64,000 bases of DNA, from the IMG/VR virus record IMGVR_UViG_3300020198_000887, positions 32,001 through 96,000 of that record; one strand, written 5' to 3'. Source of the DNA: a virus. Below, one piece after another: positions 10,076 through 19,478 of the stretch. The stretch's first letter is position 1, and every line of letters begins with the position of its first letter. The translations under genes and the position numbers were made by a program. The notes beneath the pieces were generated by a model, which had not been told where the DNA came from, did no database searches, and worked only from the letters and a program-made list of their open reading frames with translations.

Positions 10076-10333
10076 ATGAAATTTTTAACATTATTACTTG
10101 TATTTTTTGTATCAACACCAATTATTGCGGCGGAATGTGCCCCACCCGTTGATAAAATTACCGAAGAAAAAGCAGTTCCTGCTAAGAAAAAGCACAAAAA
10201 ATATAAAGGAACAATAATTCCATCTGAAGTAAAAAAAGTTGAACAAAAAGTAGCAGCACCAGTTGTTGAAGCACCTGCCAAGAAAAAACACAAAAAATAC
10301 GAAGGAACTAAAATCCCTGACGTAAAAAAATAA
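10076..10333 (+). CDS. Small exported Lys-rich protein
   Basis: GGAG RBS, signal peptide MKFLTLLLVFFVSTPIIA, duplicated PAKKKHKKY(K/E)GT motif. Confidence 0.65.
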   Translation: MKFLTLLLVFFVSTPIIAAECAPPVDKITEEKAVPAKKKHKKYKGTIIPSEVKKVEQKVAAPVVEAPAKKKHKKYEGTKIPDVKK

Positions 10334-10342
10334 GACATATAT

Positions 10343-10376
10343 TTGACAGGTTAACCATTACATAGTATTATAAATA
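10343..10376 (+). promoter_or_regulatory. Overlapping sigma70-like and T4-late-like promoters for dnaJ-clpA
   Basis: TTGACA-17-TATTAT, plus TATAAATA at 10369-10376. Confidence 0.65.
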
Positions 10377-10403
10377 ATATATAATATTTAACCTGTTTTT
10401 ACT

Positions 10404-11243
10404 ATGACTGATTACTATACAACCCTAGGCGTTGACAAACACGCAACGCAAACTGAGATAAAAAAAGCATATAGACGATTGGCGAATACCCACCACCCAG
10501 ATAAAGGTGGTGATCAATCCAAATTCAAGGATATATCGGTTGCATATGATACACTTGGCGATCCTGAAAAAAGGTCGCACTATGATAGCCGACAATCAAA
10601 TGACTCAGCTGGATTTACCACTCATCACTTCCGTGACTTCCATGACATATTTGGGCACCATTTTGGTGGGAACCCATTTTTTAATGATGCATTTAGACGA
10701 CAACACGTTCAAAAAAACAGGGACTTAAATCTACAGTGCACTATTTCACTGGGTGATTCGTTCTCGGGGAAACAATTAGAAGCAAAATACACGTTACCAA
10801 GTGGAAAACCACAAAGTGTGATAATTAATGTTCCTGCGGGAGTAAAACATGGTGATAATATAAAATATCCTGGACTTGGTGATGATTCAATATCAAACAT
10901 ACATCGCGGTGATTTGAATGTAACTATTTTAGTATCGGCAGATGAAAAATTTGACAGACGTGGTGATGATCTGTACACTACGGTTGAAATTAACGCAATT
11001 GAAGCAATGATTGGGTGTAAAAAACAAATAAAATCCATTACAGGGGAATCAATGATTATTGACATCAGAGCTGGGATCGAACCTGGTGCAGAATTCGCGA
11101 ATAATGGTGCTGGATTCAAAAATTTACAATCCCATCAAGTAGGTAGATTTGTATCAGTAATTAAAATAGTACCACATGCAATAACTAATCCAGAAATAGT
11201 TGATAAACTACGACAAATTTTAACACAAATCAATTCTCAATAA
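10404..11243 (+). CDS. dnaJ: DnaJ/CbpA-type J-domain chaperone (no zinc finger)
   Basis: DYYTTLGV...HPD J-domain, G/F-rich linker, C-terminal GDL substrate domain. Confidence 0.9.
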   Translation: MTDYYTTLGVDKHATQTEIKKAYRRLANTHHPDKGGDQSKFKDISVAYDTLGDPEKRSHYDSRQSNDSAGFTTHHFRDFHDIFGHHFGGNPFFNDAFRRQHVQKNRDLNLQCTISLGDSFSGKQLEAKYTLPSGKPQSVIINVPAGVKHGDNIKYPGLGDDSISNIHRGDLNVTILVSADEKFDRRGDDLYTTVEINAIEAMIGCKKQIKSITGESMIIDIRAGIEPGAEFANNGAGFKNLQSHQVGRFVSVIKIVPHAITNPEIVDKLRQILTQINSQ

Positions 11244-11259
11244 CAATACAGGAAATATA

Positions 11260-12819
11260 ATGGTAGAGCCAAGTAACGAACTAGAAGAAGTTTTCAGTAA
11301 AGCTGCAGATACCGTAAAAAAACTACACCATGAATATATAACAATAGAACATGTATTGTTCGCTATGTTATCAAACCAAAGGTTTGTTGATATAATTAAT
11401 AATTTCGGTTCAAACGCAGAAGACTTACGAAAACTGGTTACAAACCACTTGCAAACTAAATGCGAGGACATTACGACCACCGAACAAGTTACCCACCCAA
11501 AGAAAACAGCCGCGTTTGAACGGCTGCTAAATAAAGCATTTACACAAGTAATTTTTAATAATCGACAACGTGTGGAAATCACTGATGCCTTTTTAATGAT
11601 GTTAAATGAAAAACGTAGTTGGGCATTTTTCTACATTTCACAAGTTGGTATTGAAAAAGAAAAATTTGCTGATTATTTAAATACAACAGCAGATGCGGCC
11701 GATGAAGAAGCCCCAGATGAGCTTGACCCCCGCCACATTAAATCGTTACAAGCATATACAACTGACCTCAACGACCAAGTGTTGAAAGGAAAAATAGACC
11801 CAGTGATTGGACGAGTTGATGAACTTGAAAATATCGCATTGGCACTTGGTCGCCGATCTAAAAACAACGTGATTTTAGTTGGGGACCCAGGTGTTGGTAA
11901 AACTGCGATTGCAGAAGGTCTTGCATACAATATTGTAAATGGTGGAGTTCCAGATTTTTTGAAAGATTATACTGTTTATAATTTAGATATATCGGCAATG
12001 CTTGCCGGAACAAAATATCGGGGTGATTTTGAAGAACGCTTTAAACAAGTAATTAAAGCACTTGATAAAAAAGGAAAAACAGTTCTTTTTATTGATGAAG
12101 CACATATGATCAGTGGTGCAGGTGCATCGGCAAGTTCAGCAAATGACCTTGCTAATATGATGAAACCTGCACTAAGCAAGGGTAATATTAAAGTCATTGC
12201 ATCAACTACTTGGGAAGAATATCGCAAACACTTTGAAAAAGATCGCGCATTAATGCGTCGATTCCAACGTATTACGGTCGATGAACCATCACAAGAAATG
12301 ACTTTAAAAATCTTAAAAGGATTAAAAAAATATTATGAATCACATCATAATGTAAAAATTAAAACTGATGCATTGCAATCTTCAATAAAATTGTCAGTAA
12401 AATATCAAGCTGATAAAAAACTGCCAGATAAAGCAATTGATTTAATTGATTGTGCCTGTTCACGATTCAATTTAAAATTGGCGGATGACCGAATTATTAC
12501 AGAACGTGAAATTCAATATGAATTAGCGAAAATGATTAATATTCCAGAAGAACAAATTATGGAAACTGAGAGTAATACATTAGTCGATTTGCAAGAAAAA
12601 CTTGAAGCAGATGTTTACGGTCAAGATGCTGCGTTAACTGAAGTGGTTGATAAAATTATAGTTGCACAAGCCGGGTTAAAACCAGATAATAAACCAATCG
12701 GGTCTTTTGTATTTATGGGTCCAACCGGCTGTGGTAAATGTTTAAGTTACGATCAAGAAATAACTTTACAAATTCCCCAAGATATGTACAATTTTGCTAT
12801 CAAAAATAACTTAATTTAG
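11260..12819 (+). CDS. clpA: ClpA-like Hsp100, N-terminal half fused to a 26-aa N-intein
   Basis: Clp N-domain, AAA1 (GDPGVGKT, FIDEAH), no M-domain; ends GPTGCGK|CLSYDQEITL... Confidence 0.9.
   Translation: MVEPSNELEEVFSKAADTVKKLHHEYITIEHVLFAMLSNQRFVDIINNFGSNAEDLRKLVTNHLQTKCEDITTTEQVTHPKKTAAFERLLNKAFTQVIFNNRQRVEITDAFLMMLNEKRSWAFFYISQVGIEKEKFADYLNTTADAADEEAPDELDPRHIKSLQAYTTDLNDQVLKGKIDPVIGRVDELENIALALGRRSKNNVILVGDPGVGKTAIAEGLAYNIVNGGVPDFLKDYTVYNLDISAMLAGTKYRGDFEERFKQVIKALDKKGKTVLFIDEAHMISGAGASASSANDLANMMKPALSKGNIKVIASTTWEEYRKHFEKDRALMRRFQRITVDEPSQEMTLKILKGLKKYYESHHNVKIKTDALQSSIKLSVKYQADKKLPDKAIDLIDCACSRFNLKLADDRIITEREIQYELAKMINIPEEQIMETESNTLVDLQEKLEADVYGQDAALTEVVDKIIVAQAGLKPDNKPIGSFVFMGPTGCGKCLSYDQEITLQIPQDMYNFAIKNNLI
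12739..12816 (+). mobile_element. Atypically short split-intein N-fragment (26 aa)
   Basis: Block A CLSYDQEI starts exactly where the Walker A Thr should be; followed by TAG TAA. Confidence 0.85.
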
Positions 12820-12849
12820 TAAAATGTTCTAAAATTACAAGAGGTCTAT

Positions 12850-13260
12850 ATGATTACAACTACAATACCAATTGGTAAATTTTTTACAATACTTGAACAA
12901 TATGAAAAACTTCATTTTGAACCAGAACAAGAACAATTTTTAAATTCAACGGTTAGAATTCCGGATGAGAATGGTAATTGGATCCAAGTTACTGCTGCTA
13001 TCACAAAACAGGACGATGGATTGTCAATTAAATTTAATAATGGTGATGAAATTAAGGCGGCCCGTAAACATTTAGTGTATGATGGGAATTCATGTGTATT
13101 TCTTGAATCGTTAAACATAGGAGACCATATTCAGAAAGCAACAGGTGAAATTATAGAAGTTGTATCAATTGACACAATTTCTGATAAGACTTTTTTTGAT
13201 TTGACCGTGGATTCGGATACACATTTATATCAAACAAGTAATAAAATTATACACCATAAT
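12850..13260 (+). mobile_element. Long split-intein C-fragment (137 aa)
   Basis: Block B-like ARKH, LNIGD, block F FFDLTV, block G HHN with Thr+1; own GAGG RBS. Confidence 0.88.
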
Positions 13261-14043
13261 ACGGAAACTGCAAAAGCATTGGCAAAACACCTTGGTTCTA
13301 CCCTGGTACGATTTGATATGTCCGAATACCAAGAAAAACATAGTGTTAGTAAACTAATCGGTTCACCACCAGGTTATGTTGGGTTTGAAGAAAATGCTGG
13401 GTTGTTGATTACACAAATTCAAGAACACCCAAACGCAGTATTGTTGTTAGATGAAGTTGAAAAAGCACATCCTGATGTTGCAACAGTGTTATTACAAGTA
13501 ATGGATAATGGATTTATTACTGGGTCAAATGGAAAGAGGGCGGATTGTCGTAATATCGTATTAATTTTAACAACCAATGCTGGTGCACAATCCGCTGAAA
13601 AAAATGCAATTGGTTTTGGTAAACAAGATAAGGATTATTCGGATGAAGATTTGAAAAAATTCTTTACGCCAGAATTTAGAAATAGATTAGATGGTATTAT
13701 CACATTTAATAAACTTGGAAAAGACTCAATGACAAAGGTAGTTAACAAATTTATTGATGAACTACGCGAACAAGTAAAGGAAAAATCAATACGTATAAAA
13801 ATAACAAAGGATGCATCTAACTGGTTGTTAGAAAATGGGATTGACCCAAAAATGGGTGCCAGACCACTGCAGCGTGTTATTGATAAAGAAATTAAGCGAA
13901 ATCTTGCTAAAATGATGTTGTTTGGTGATTTAAAAAATGGTGGCATACTAACAATTGGTGTTGACAACGATAATATTTCACTGACAGCTGCATCAAACAA
14001 TATTAAAACAATCTCGTCAGAAGACATTGAAATGGTTATGTAA
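12850..14043 (+). CDS. clpA: ClpA-like Hsp100, C-terminal half preceded by a 137-aa C-intein
   Basis: ...HHN|TETAKALA, RFDMSEYQEKHSVSKLIGSPPGYVG, LLDEVEKAH, IGF loop, GARPL. Confidence 0.9.
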   Translation: MITTTIPIGKFFTILEQYEKLHFEPEQEQFLNSTVRIPDENGNWIQVTAAITKQDDGLSIKFNNGDEIKAARKHLVYDGNSCVFLESLNIGDHIQKATGEIIEVVSIDTISDKTFFDLTVDSDTHLYQTSNKIIHHNTETAKALAKHLGSTLVRFDMSEYQEKHSVSKLIGSPPGYVGFEENAGLLITQIQEHPNAVLLLDEVEKAHPDVATVLLQVMDNGFITGSNGKRADCRNIVLILTTNAGAQSAEKNAIGFGKQDKDYSDEDLKKFFTPEFRNRLDGIITFNKLGKDSMTKVVNKFIDELREQVKEKSIRIKITKDASNWLLENGIDPKMGARPLQRVIDKEIKRNLAKMMLFGDLKNGGILTIGVDNDNISLTAASNNIKTISSEDIEMVM

Positions 14044-14098
14044 TCAGTCGAATAAGCCCATGTAATGGATAAATATATAATATTACTTGGGCTTGACT

Positions 14099-14473
14099 AT
14101 GCGTATTACGGAATTATTAGAAGGTAAAACATTTAACGAAATGGACTTTGTCACACATACTGTTGACAAAGGTAAAAGAGAACTTAATTTTGATATTATG
14201 GACGACTTAATTTTCTTCATGAATAATGATGACGACGCATACCGTCGTCATTTATATCCAGTCGTATCAAAATGTGTGAATAAACATAACAATGATAAAA
14301 AGACATCTGCAAAAATGTTTGCAGATGCGGTAAAAGAATGCTATAGTATGTATATTAATGAATATCCAATTCGTGGAATGTCATCATCAATCACCGATGA
14401 ATGTCTTAAAGAAACATGCAAAAAGTTACACGATTTGGTCTGCCAACACATTGACAATGACAAATATAAATGA
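14099..14473 (+). CDS. Hypothetical protein (possible head-targeted protein)
   Basis: Starts MRITELLE downstream of GATAAATA (14068). Confidence 0.65.
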   Translation: MRITELLEGKTFNEMDFVTHTVDKGKRELNFDIMDDLIFFMNNDDDAYRRHLYPVVSKCVNKHNNDKKTSAKMFADAVKECYSMYINEYPIRGMSSSITDECLKETCKKLHDLVCQHIDNDKYK

Positions 14474-15120
14474 GTGGAAATGCAATTACCAATGCTAAAC
14501 CAATATCAAAACACGATTATCATCTTCTAACACACAACTTAAAGTTGTTACTTCCAAATGGCCTTCCACTATATCCATTTGGAAGTGCAGGCAAAAAAGA
14601 AATCAGCGGAGATGTAGATTTTTTTATCGACGCTGATGAACTGTTAACATTTATTCCATCATCAACCCACCTAAATCTGCTAGATTGTAGGGAACACTTA
14701 TACAATTTTTTTATCAACAACGGATTACACGCTTCCAGGACCGGAATTAACGTGCATGTTGGTGTTACTTTGCATAATAAAAACATTCAAGTAGATTTAA
14801 CAATAGTTAAAAATGCCGCCAAAATCGCATATCTTCATGCCCATGTATACGATAATGAACAGGTAACGGGCAAAACTATTGTTAGTATTTGGTGTGATTT
14901 AGCAAATCTTACATCACCTGAATTAATGATAAGTCCCTATAAAGGATTACTAAATCGTACTACGAGAGACCTTATTACACTGGATCCAACAGAAATAGCG
15001 AAAATTATTATTGGCCCATCTGCAACTGAATATGATATGCGGTCGCCATCAAGGTTACTAGCTGCTGTCAAAGATAATCCACTTAAATATCAACACATAA
15101 AACAAACATACTTCAAATGA
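14470..15120 (+). CDS. Pol-beta-superfamily nucleotidyltransferase
   Basis: hGS..x..DxD motif (FGSAGKKEISGDVD) and a third Asp in QVDL. Confidence 0.7.
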   Translation: MSGNAITNAKPISKHDYHLLTHNLKLLLPNGLPLYPFGSAGKKEISGDVDFFIDADELLTFIPSSTHLNLLDCREHLYNFFINNGLHASRTGINVHVGVTLHNKNIQVDLTIVKNAAKIAYLHAHVYDNEQVTGKTIVSIWCDLANLTSPELMISPYKGLLNRTTRDLITLDPTEIAKIIIGPSATEYDMRSPSRLLAAVKDNPLKYQHIKQTYFK

Positions 15121-16178
15121 AACTATCCGGTAGGGCATTTAACCACCTAGAAGACCTAGTGTTCTTTTATGGGTATGATGGTGTGTTAGAAGCCATTCAA
15201 CATATTAAAGAAATGTCAAATAATTCAGCTGCCATACGGATGAAATGGGATGGTGGGTTGCAAATTTATTGGGGGAGGGAGTATGTAAATGGACCATTGA
15301 TCATGACAGGGCATAATGGATGGGCACGTGGATATAAATGTACAACCACAGATGAATTATATCATTTTATCGTTAATCAATCTGGGAAGAATAGAGAAAA
15401 TGTATCCAATGAAAGAAAAGAATTTGCTTTACAATTTGGTAAATTATTTCCATTATTAGATGCAGCCACCCCTCGAGATTTTACCGGATTTGTGTATGCA
15501 GATGCATTATTTTTAACACGGCCGGTGTTATTTAATAATGTATATTCATTTTGTCCAAATCATACCGGATATTATGTTGATAAGGATACCACGATAGGTA
15601 CTCGTATTGGAAAATCCGAAATTTTATTAGTTGGACATGCATACTTTAACGCATTTGGTATGCGGGATGAACAACAAACCCCATTAGATACATTTGATAT
15701 ATTCAACATTACAGATGAAGCAATAATATTAAATCCATATTATTCGAAAACTATTATACACTATGATTTAGATGAAAAAACAGAACACAAATTGCATTCA
15801 CTTGCCGCACACATAGATGATTTTTTAGCACCAATCACCGGTGTTAGTTCATTTCGTGATTATATATACAAATATATTAATTACAAAATGAAAAATGCTT
15901 CTGATGATAGTTTTTTTCAATGGATGGTCAACAAAAGCAGCATTAGTCAGCCACAGCAAACAAAAATTAAAGCACGTTTTGAGTGGTATAATTCTGGAAA
16001 CAGTCTATTCACCCTGGTCAATGAAATTATGGCTATTAAAAATAAAATAATAACCGAACTTGCCCCACATGACCACGATATTAAAGCATATAATCCAGAA
16101 GGATGGGTAATTTATGCAAATAATACAAAACAACTTGGGAATATTAAGTTAGTTCCGAGGCATCAATGGACACCATAG
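15117..16178 (+). CDS. Ligase-like KxDG nucleotidyltransferase (DUF6267-like)
   Basis: HLED, MKWDG, YAD, PEGWV and KLV.R correspond to ligase motifs I, III, IV and V. Confidence 0.65.
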   Translation: MKLSGRAFNHLEDLVFFYGYDGVLEAIQHIKEMSNNSAAIRMKWDGGLQIYWGREYVNGPLIMTGHNGWARGYKCTTTDELYHFIVNQSGKNRENVSNERKEFALQFGKLFPLLDAATPRDFTGFVYADALFLTRPVLFNNVYSFCPNHTGYYVDKDTTIGTRIGKSEILLVGHAYFNAFGMRDEQQTPLDTFDIFNITDEAIILNPYYSKTIIHYDLDEKTEHKLHSLAAHIDDFLAPITGVSSFRDYIYKYINYKMKNASDDSFFQWMVNKSSISQPQQTKIKARFEWYNSGNSLFTLVNEIMAIKNKIITELAPHDHDIKAYNPEGWVIYANNTKQLGNIKLVPRHQWTP

Positions 16179-16705
16179 GAATTTCATACGGTAGATTCAA
16201 TCCCCCGCACAAAGGCCATGTCGCAGTATGGGAACAAGCTGCTACTTGCGACTACTTCTACCTCGGTACAAACCCATCAACAACTGGGAACAAAAATCCA
16301 CTCCCATATGACATCAAAGTTGAGCTAATAGAACTTTTGTGTCCAATTACCCATCATCATGTTTTGCCAGAAAAAAATCTTTTTACGTTAACCACCACTA
16401 TCTATGATATGCACGGTAGTAACAATGAATTACGGGTATATACCGACGAAGAATGGTTATTTAACTCATTAATAAAATATAATGGTGTTTTGAGTACACA
16501 CGGGTATTATTACTTTAACAAAATCATTAACATTAAAACAGAAAGGGTGTGTTCATCCACCTCATTAAGAAAGGCAGTTGCTAATCAAGATAAAATGTTA
16601 TTTTATCAACTTGCAGGAATACCCATTGATACTGAAATTAGGATAAATAATAAAGTATATAAATTTTTTAATTTAATTGAAGAATTTATTGGAATAGACA
16701 ACTAG
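16166..16705 (+). CDS. HxGH cytidylyltransferase-like protein
   Basis: GRFNPPHKGH, KNPL, SSTSLR. Confidence 0.8.
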   Translation: MDTIGISYGRFNPPHKGHVAVWEQAATCDYFYLGTNPSTTGNKNPLPYDIKVELIELLCPITHHHVLPEKNLFTLTTTIYDMHGSNNELRVYTDEEWLFNSLIKYNGVLSTHGYYYFNKIINIKTERVCSSTSLRKAVANQDKMLFYQLAGIPIDTEIRINNKVYKFFNLIEEFIGIDN

Positions 16706-16743
16706 CTACGTAGCTGTTGACTATCTAGATAAGGATATTAAAA

Positions 16744-17658
16744 ATGCGCGATGATGATAGTTTAACACCACATATATTATTGGAAGGATTATATAACATT
16801 CTTAAAAACAATGGTGTCCGGTTGGATGAAAAGTCGTCATCAAAAGCCCAACAACGATTTATGGGGATGGTACATGCTGCACAACACGGAGACACTACCG
16901 CAAGTCCAGCAGTCGCCAATGTCGCCAAAACAATGACCAAAAAAGCCGCGACAGATTATGCTAAAACCAAACACGACGGGTTGCCAGAAAAAATAAAAAA
17001 AGAAAAATGCTCCAACGAAACAATTACTGATGAAGAATTGTCAATGTTCTCCAGACAAAATATTGGAAAAAGAACTGGACGCGGGCAAAGTGATAATCCG
17101 TGGAATCATTTACACAAAACCCGATTTGACAGACGATTTAAAAGCAGGTCTAGTTCACGTGTTCGGGAAAACTATATGTTAGCAGATGAATGTGCTGGAG
17201 TTGGGATTGTTAATACTCAAAATTCAACACATGATGTTAGTCCATCCACATTACAAAAAAATTTAAATGCATTTCAGTTAGAAGAAGCATTGGTCGATAT
17301 GTATAATACATTGATAGAAAGTGGTAATAAACCATTATCTAACGATGCAAAAAGCAGTATTAAAGGTGCAATTACTACCCCGGACGCCAATAATTCGGGG
17401 GATTCATACAAAGCTTATCGGTTCGGTATTGCATTAGCAGGGGCACCATACTATCCAACCAAAGCAACAAATGATATAGGCGGGGACCCACTACTTACTA
17501 CATATACTGATGTTGAAAGAGATATGATTAATTATGCGGCTATTCAATCAAATGTTGGCCAGTTAAAACAACTTACCTCAAATAAAAGCGTGGAAAAAGA
17601 TGACGTCTATACTAAAAGTGTTATCTCGCCAGCAAAAAGAAACAAATATGGTGTGTGA
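16744..17658 (+). CDS. Hypothetical protein, probable internal head protein
   Basis: SKAQQRFMGMVHA...TKHDGLPEK module (DUF3008-like), multiple hydrophobic-X-E sites. Confidence 0.55.
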   Translation: MRDDDSLTPHILLEGLYNILKNNGVRLDEKSSSKAQQRFMGMVHAAQHGDTTASPAVANVAKTMTKKAATDYAKTKHDGLPEKIKKEKCSNETITDEELSMFSRQNIGKRTGRGQSDNPWNHLHKTRFDRRFKSRSSSRVRENYMLADECAGVGIVNTQNSTHDVSPSTLQKNLNAFQLEEALVDMYNTLIESGNKPLSNDAKSSIKGAITTPDANNSGDSYKAYRFGIALAGAPYYPTKATNDIGGDPLLTTYTDVERDMINYAAIQSNVGQLKQLTSNKSVEKDDVYTKSVISPAKRNKYGV

Positions 17659-17930
17659 TGAGGCAAGTAAGGATAACCACCGCTGATTTATTAGCATCAA
17701 ACGAAAATGATTGTTATTTAGCACCAGATGACCCAATACATGAATTTAAAAAAATAAGTCATCTTGGTGGTCTAGGTAGCAGTGAAGTTTTAGCTAGGTA
17801 TAATAACTTATCATTGCCTAAAATACACGGTAGTGACAAGGGAAAAATCGCCAGAGAACACGGAATTGAACCAGGAACCATCAAATGGTTTACACATTGG
17901 TTTGCAAGGACCACTAATGAAAATTCATGA
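17658..17930 (+). CDS. Hypothetical protein
   Basis: TGATG coupling; GIEPGT..WF..W motif. Confidence 0.6.
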   Translation: MRQVRITTADLLASNENDCYLAPDDPIHEFKKISHLGGLGSSEVLARYNNLSLPKIHGSDKGKIAREHGIEPGTIKWFTHWFARTTNENS

Positions 17931-18102
17931 AATAATTAAAGAGACCACAACGGCTGGTGCGACTTGTGCAGCCAATGTTGGTATAGGTGTTGTTTACCCA
18001 AATAAGGGACCTAAACAAAAAAAGAACAAAGATGGCACAGTGGTAAATGCATTGGACCAAAACACCAACTTAATAACTGGTGGCAGCATTAAAAGAGTAT
18101 AA
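17917..18102 (+). CDS. Small hypothetical protein
   Basis: AAGGA RBS; starts MKIHEIIKE. Confidence 0.6.
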   Translation: MKIHEIIKETTTAGATCAANVGIGVVYPNKGPKQKKNKDGTVVNALDQNTNLITGGSIKRV

Positions 18103-18124
18103 ATATAGGATATTGGAGTATACC

Positions 18125-19477
18125 ATGGAAGAAAATAAAAAACAATTAAATGAATTAGGCCCACCCGTGAATGCAATGCCTATTGACCAACCGTCTGGGT
18201 TATTGCCAGACGGTAGTGTTGATAAAGAAGGTGCAATGGCGAAAGCTGATTTGTTTAAATTATCGAATTACAGTTACAAACTATTTAAAAAACTCGAAGA
18301 TGAGCAACAATTGGAATCTTGGGTTCAAGCTAAAATTACTAAAGCAGCTGACTATATTGCATCAGTGTATCACTATCTAGAATATGAAATGAAATTTAGC
18401 GAATATGGCGCTAAATTGGAAAATAGTGATGTCTATTCTGAAAGTCAAAAGGCTGAACTAAGAAACAAATTAAGTGAAGCAAAAGACACTATCCGCGCTC
18501 TTAAAATAGCGCAAGCAGAAAAACTTGCTGAAAGTAAATCATCAAAATCTAAAAAAGAACATACAAAAGATAAAGATTCTGAAGATGAAGATGACATCCG
18601 TTCAAAATATGACAGTGATGAAGATTTTTATTATGATTATCCAGAAGCAATGCCGGATTCATATGCCAGACCACACGAACGCGTTGCAGAATCAGGTACA
18701 AGTAAAAAAGCCGTATCGGTATCTAAAAAAGCGAAAACTATTACCAAACCAAATAAAGTTTCTACTAAAAATACTAAACAATGCGACGGCAAAAACGCAG
18801 CAGCTACTACAATGTGGAAAAATATCAAGGAATCTATTGAACATAGTTTTGGGGAAGGTATTTATTCAACTGAAACACAGCAAACAGAAGATTTAGGGGG
18901 TAATATTGAAAAATTCCCACCAGTTAACCCAGAAAACATTAAAGCAGGTAGAATGGCTAGTCAAGGTTATCCAGATTTAGTTCAAGCTGAAAAATCAGTA
19001 GAACAAACCATCGCGGGATTACAAAAAACACATCCAAAATTATATGATTATATTCAAAAAAATCCCGCGTTGATTGATAAGATTAAATCAAAACCATCAG
19101 TATTTTTGGACCTGTTGACAAACCCAATTTTTCAACCAACGGATGAAGATCAATCAGCCGATAGAGAATTTTCTGCAAAAAACGTGGGCACAGCTGTTGG
19201 TAATGTTGTGCAAGGTGTAAAAAATACTGCTGATGCTGTTAGTGGTGCATATGATTCTACAAAAGATGCTATTAGTGGTGCATATGATTCTACAAAAGAT
19301 GCTATTAGTGGTGCATATGATTCTGCAAAAACTGCAGTATCTGATTTTGAAAAAGGATATGATTCAGCAACCAAGCAACCAGCACCTAAAAAAACACAGA
19401 AAGTCAATGAAGAAGAGTATTGGGATTTTACAACACTATCGGAATTAGTTGATATTAAAAAATTGAGCGGATTATAA
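18125..19477 (+). CDS. Hypothetical charged protein, probable internal head protein
   Basis: TATAAATA (18098) and GGAG RBS; WVQAKITKAADYI..VYHYL; ends ELVDIKKLSGL. Confidence 0.65.
   Translation: MEENKKQLNELGPPVNAMPIDQPSGLLPDGSVDKEGAMAKADLFKLSNYSYKLFKKLEDEQQLESWVQAKITKAADYIASVYHYLEYEMKFSEYGAKLENSDVYSESQKAELRNKLSEAKDTIRALKIAQAEKLAESKSSKSKKEHTKDKDSEDEDDIRSKYDSDEDFYYDYPEAMPDSYARPHERVAESGTSKKAVSVSKKAKTITKPNKVSTKNTKQCDGKNAAATTMWKNIKESIEHSFGEGIYSTETQQTEDLGGNIEKFPPVNPENIKAGRMASQGYPDLVQAEKSVEQTIAGLQKTHPKLYDYIQKNPALIDKIKSKPSVFLDLLTNPIFQPTDEDQSADREFSAKNVGTAVGNVVQGVKNTADAVSGAYDSTKDAISGAYDSTKDAISGAYDSAKTAVSDFEKGYDSATKQPAPKKTQKVNEEEYWDFTTLSELVDIKKLSGL
19232..19330 (+). repeat. 3 x 33-bp tandem repeat (DAISGAYDSTK)
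   Basis: Near-identical direct repeats, in frame. Confidence 0.9.
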
Positions 19478-19478
19478 T

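Noticed and set aside
12817-12849. ClpA break as a sequencing error or stop-codon readthrough, since both halves are in the same frame
   Set aside because: Two consecutive different stops (TAG TAA) and a separate GAGG RBS before ATG 12850 indicate two genuine genes.
19232-19330. CRISPR array
   Set aside because: The 33-bp units are contiguous, have no spacers and are in-frame coding repeats; the same holds for the 105-bp repeat.
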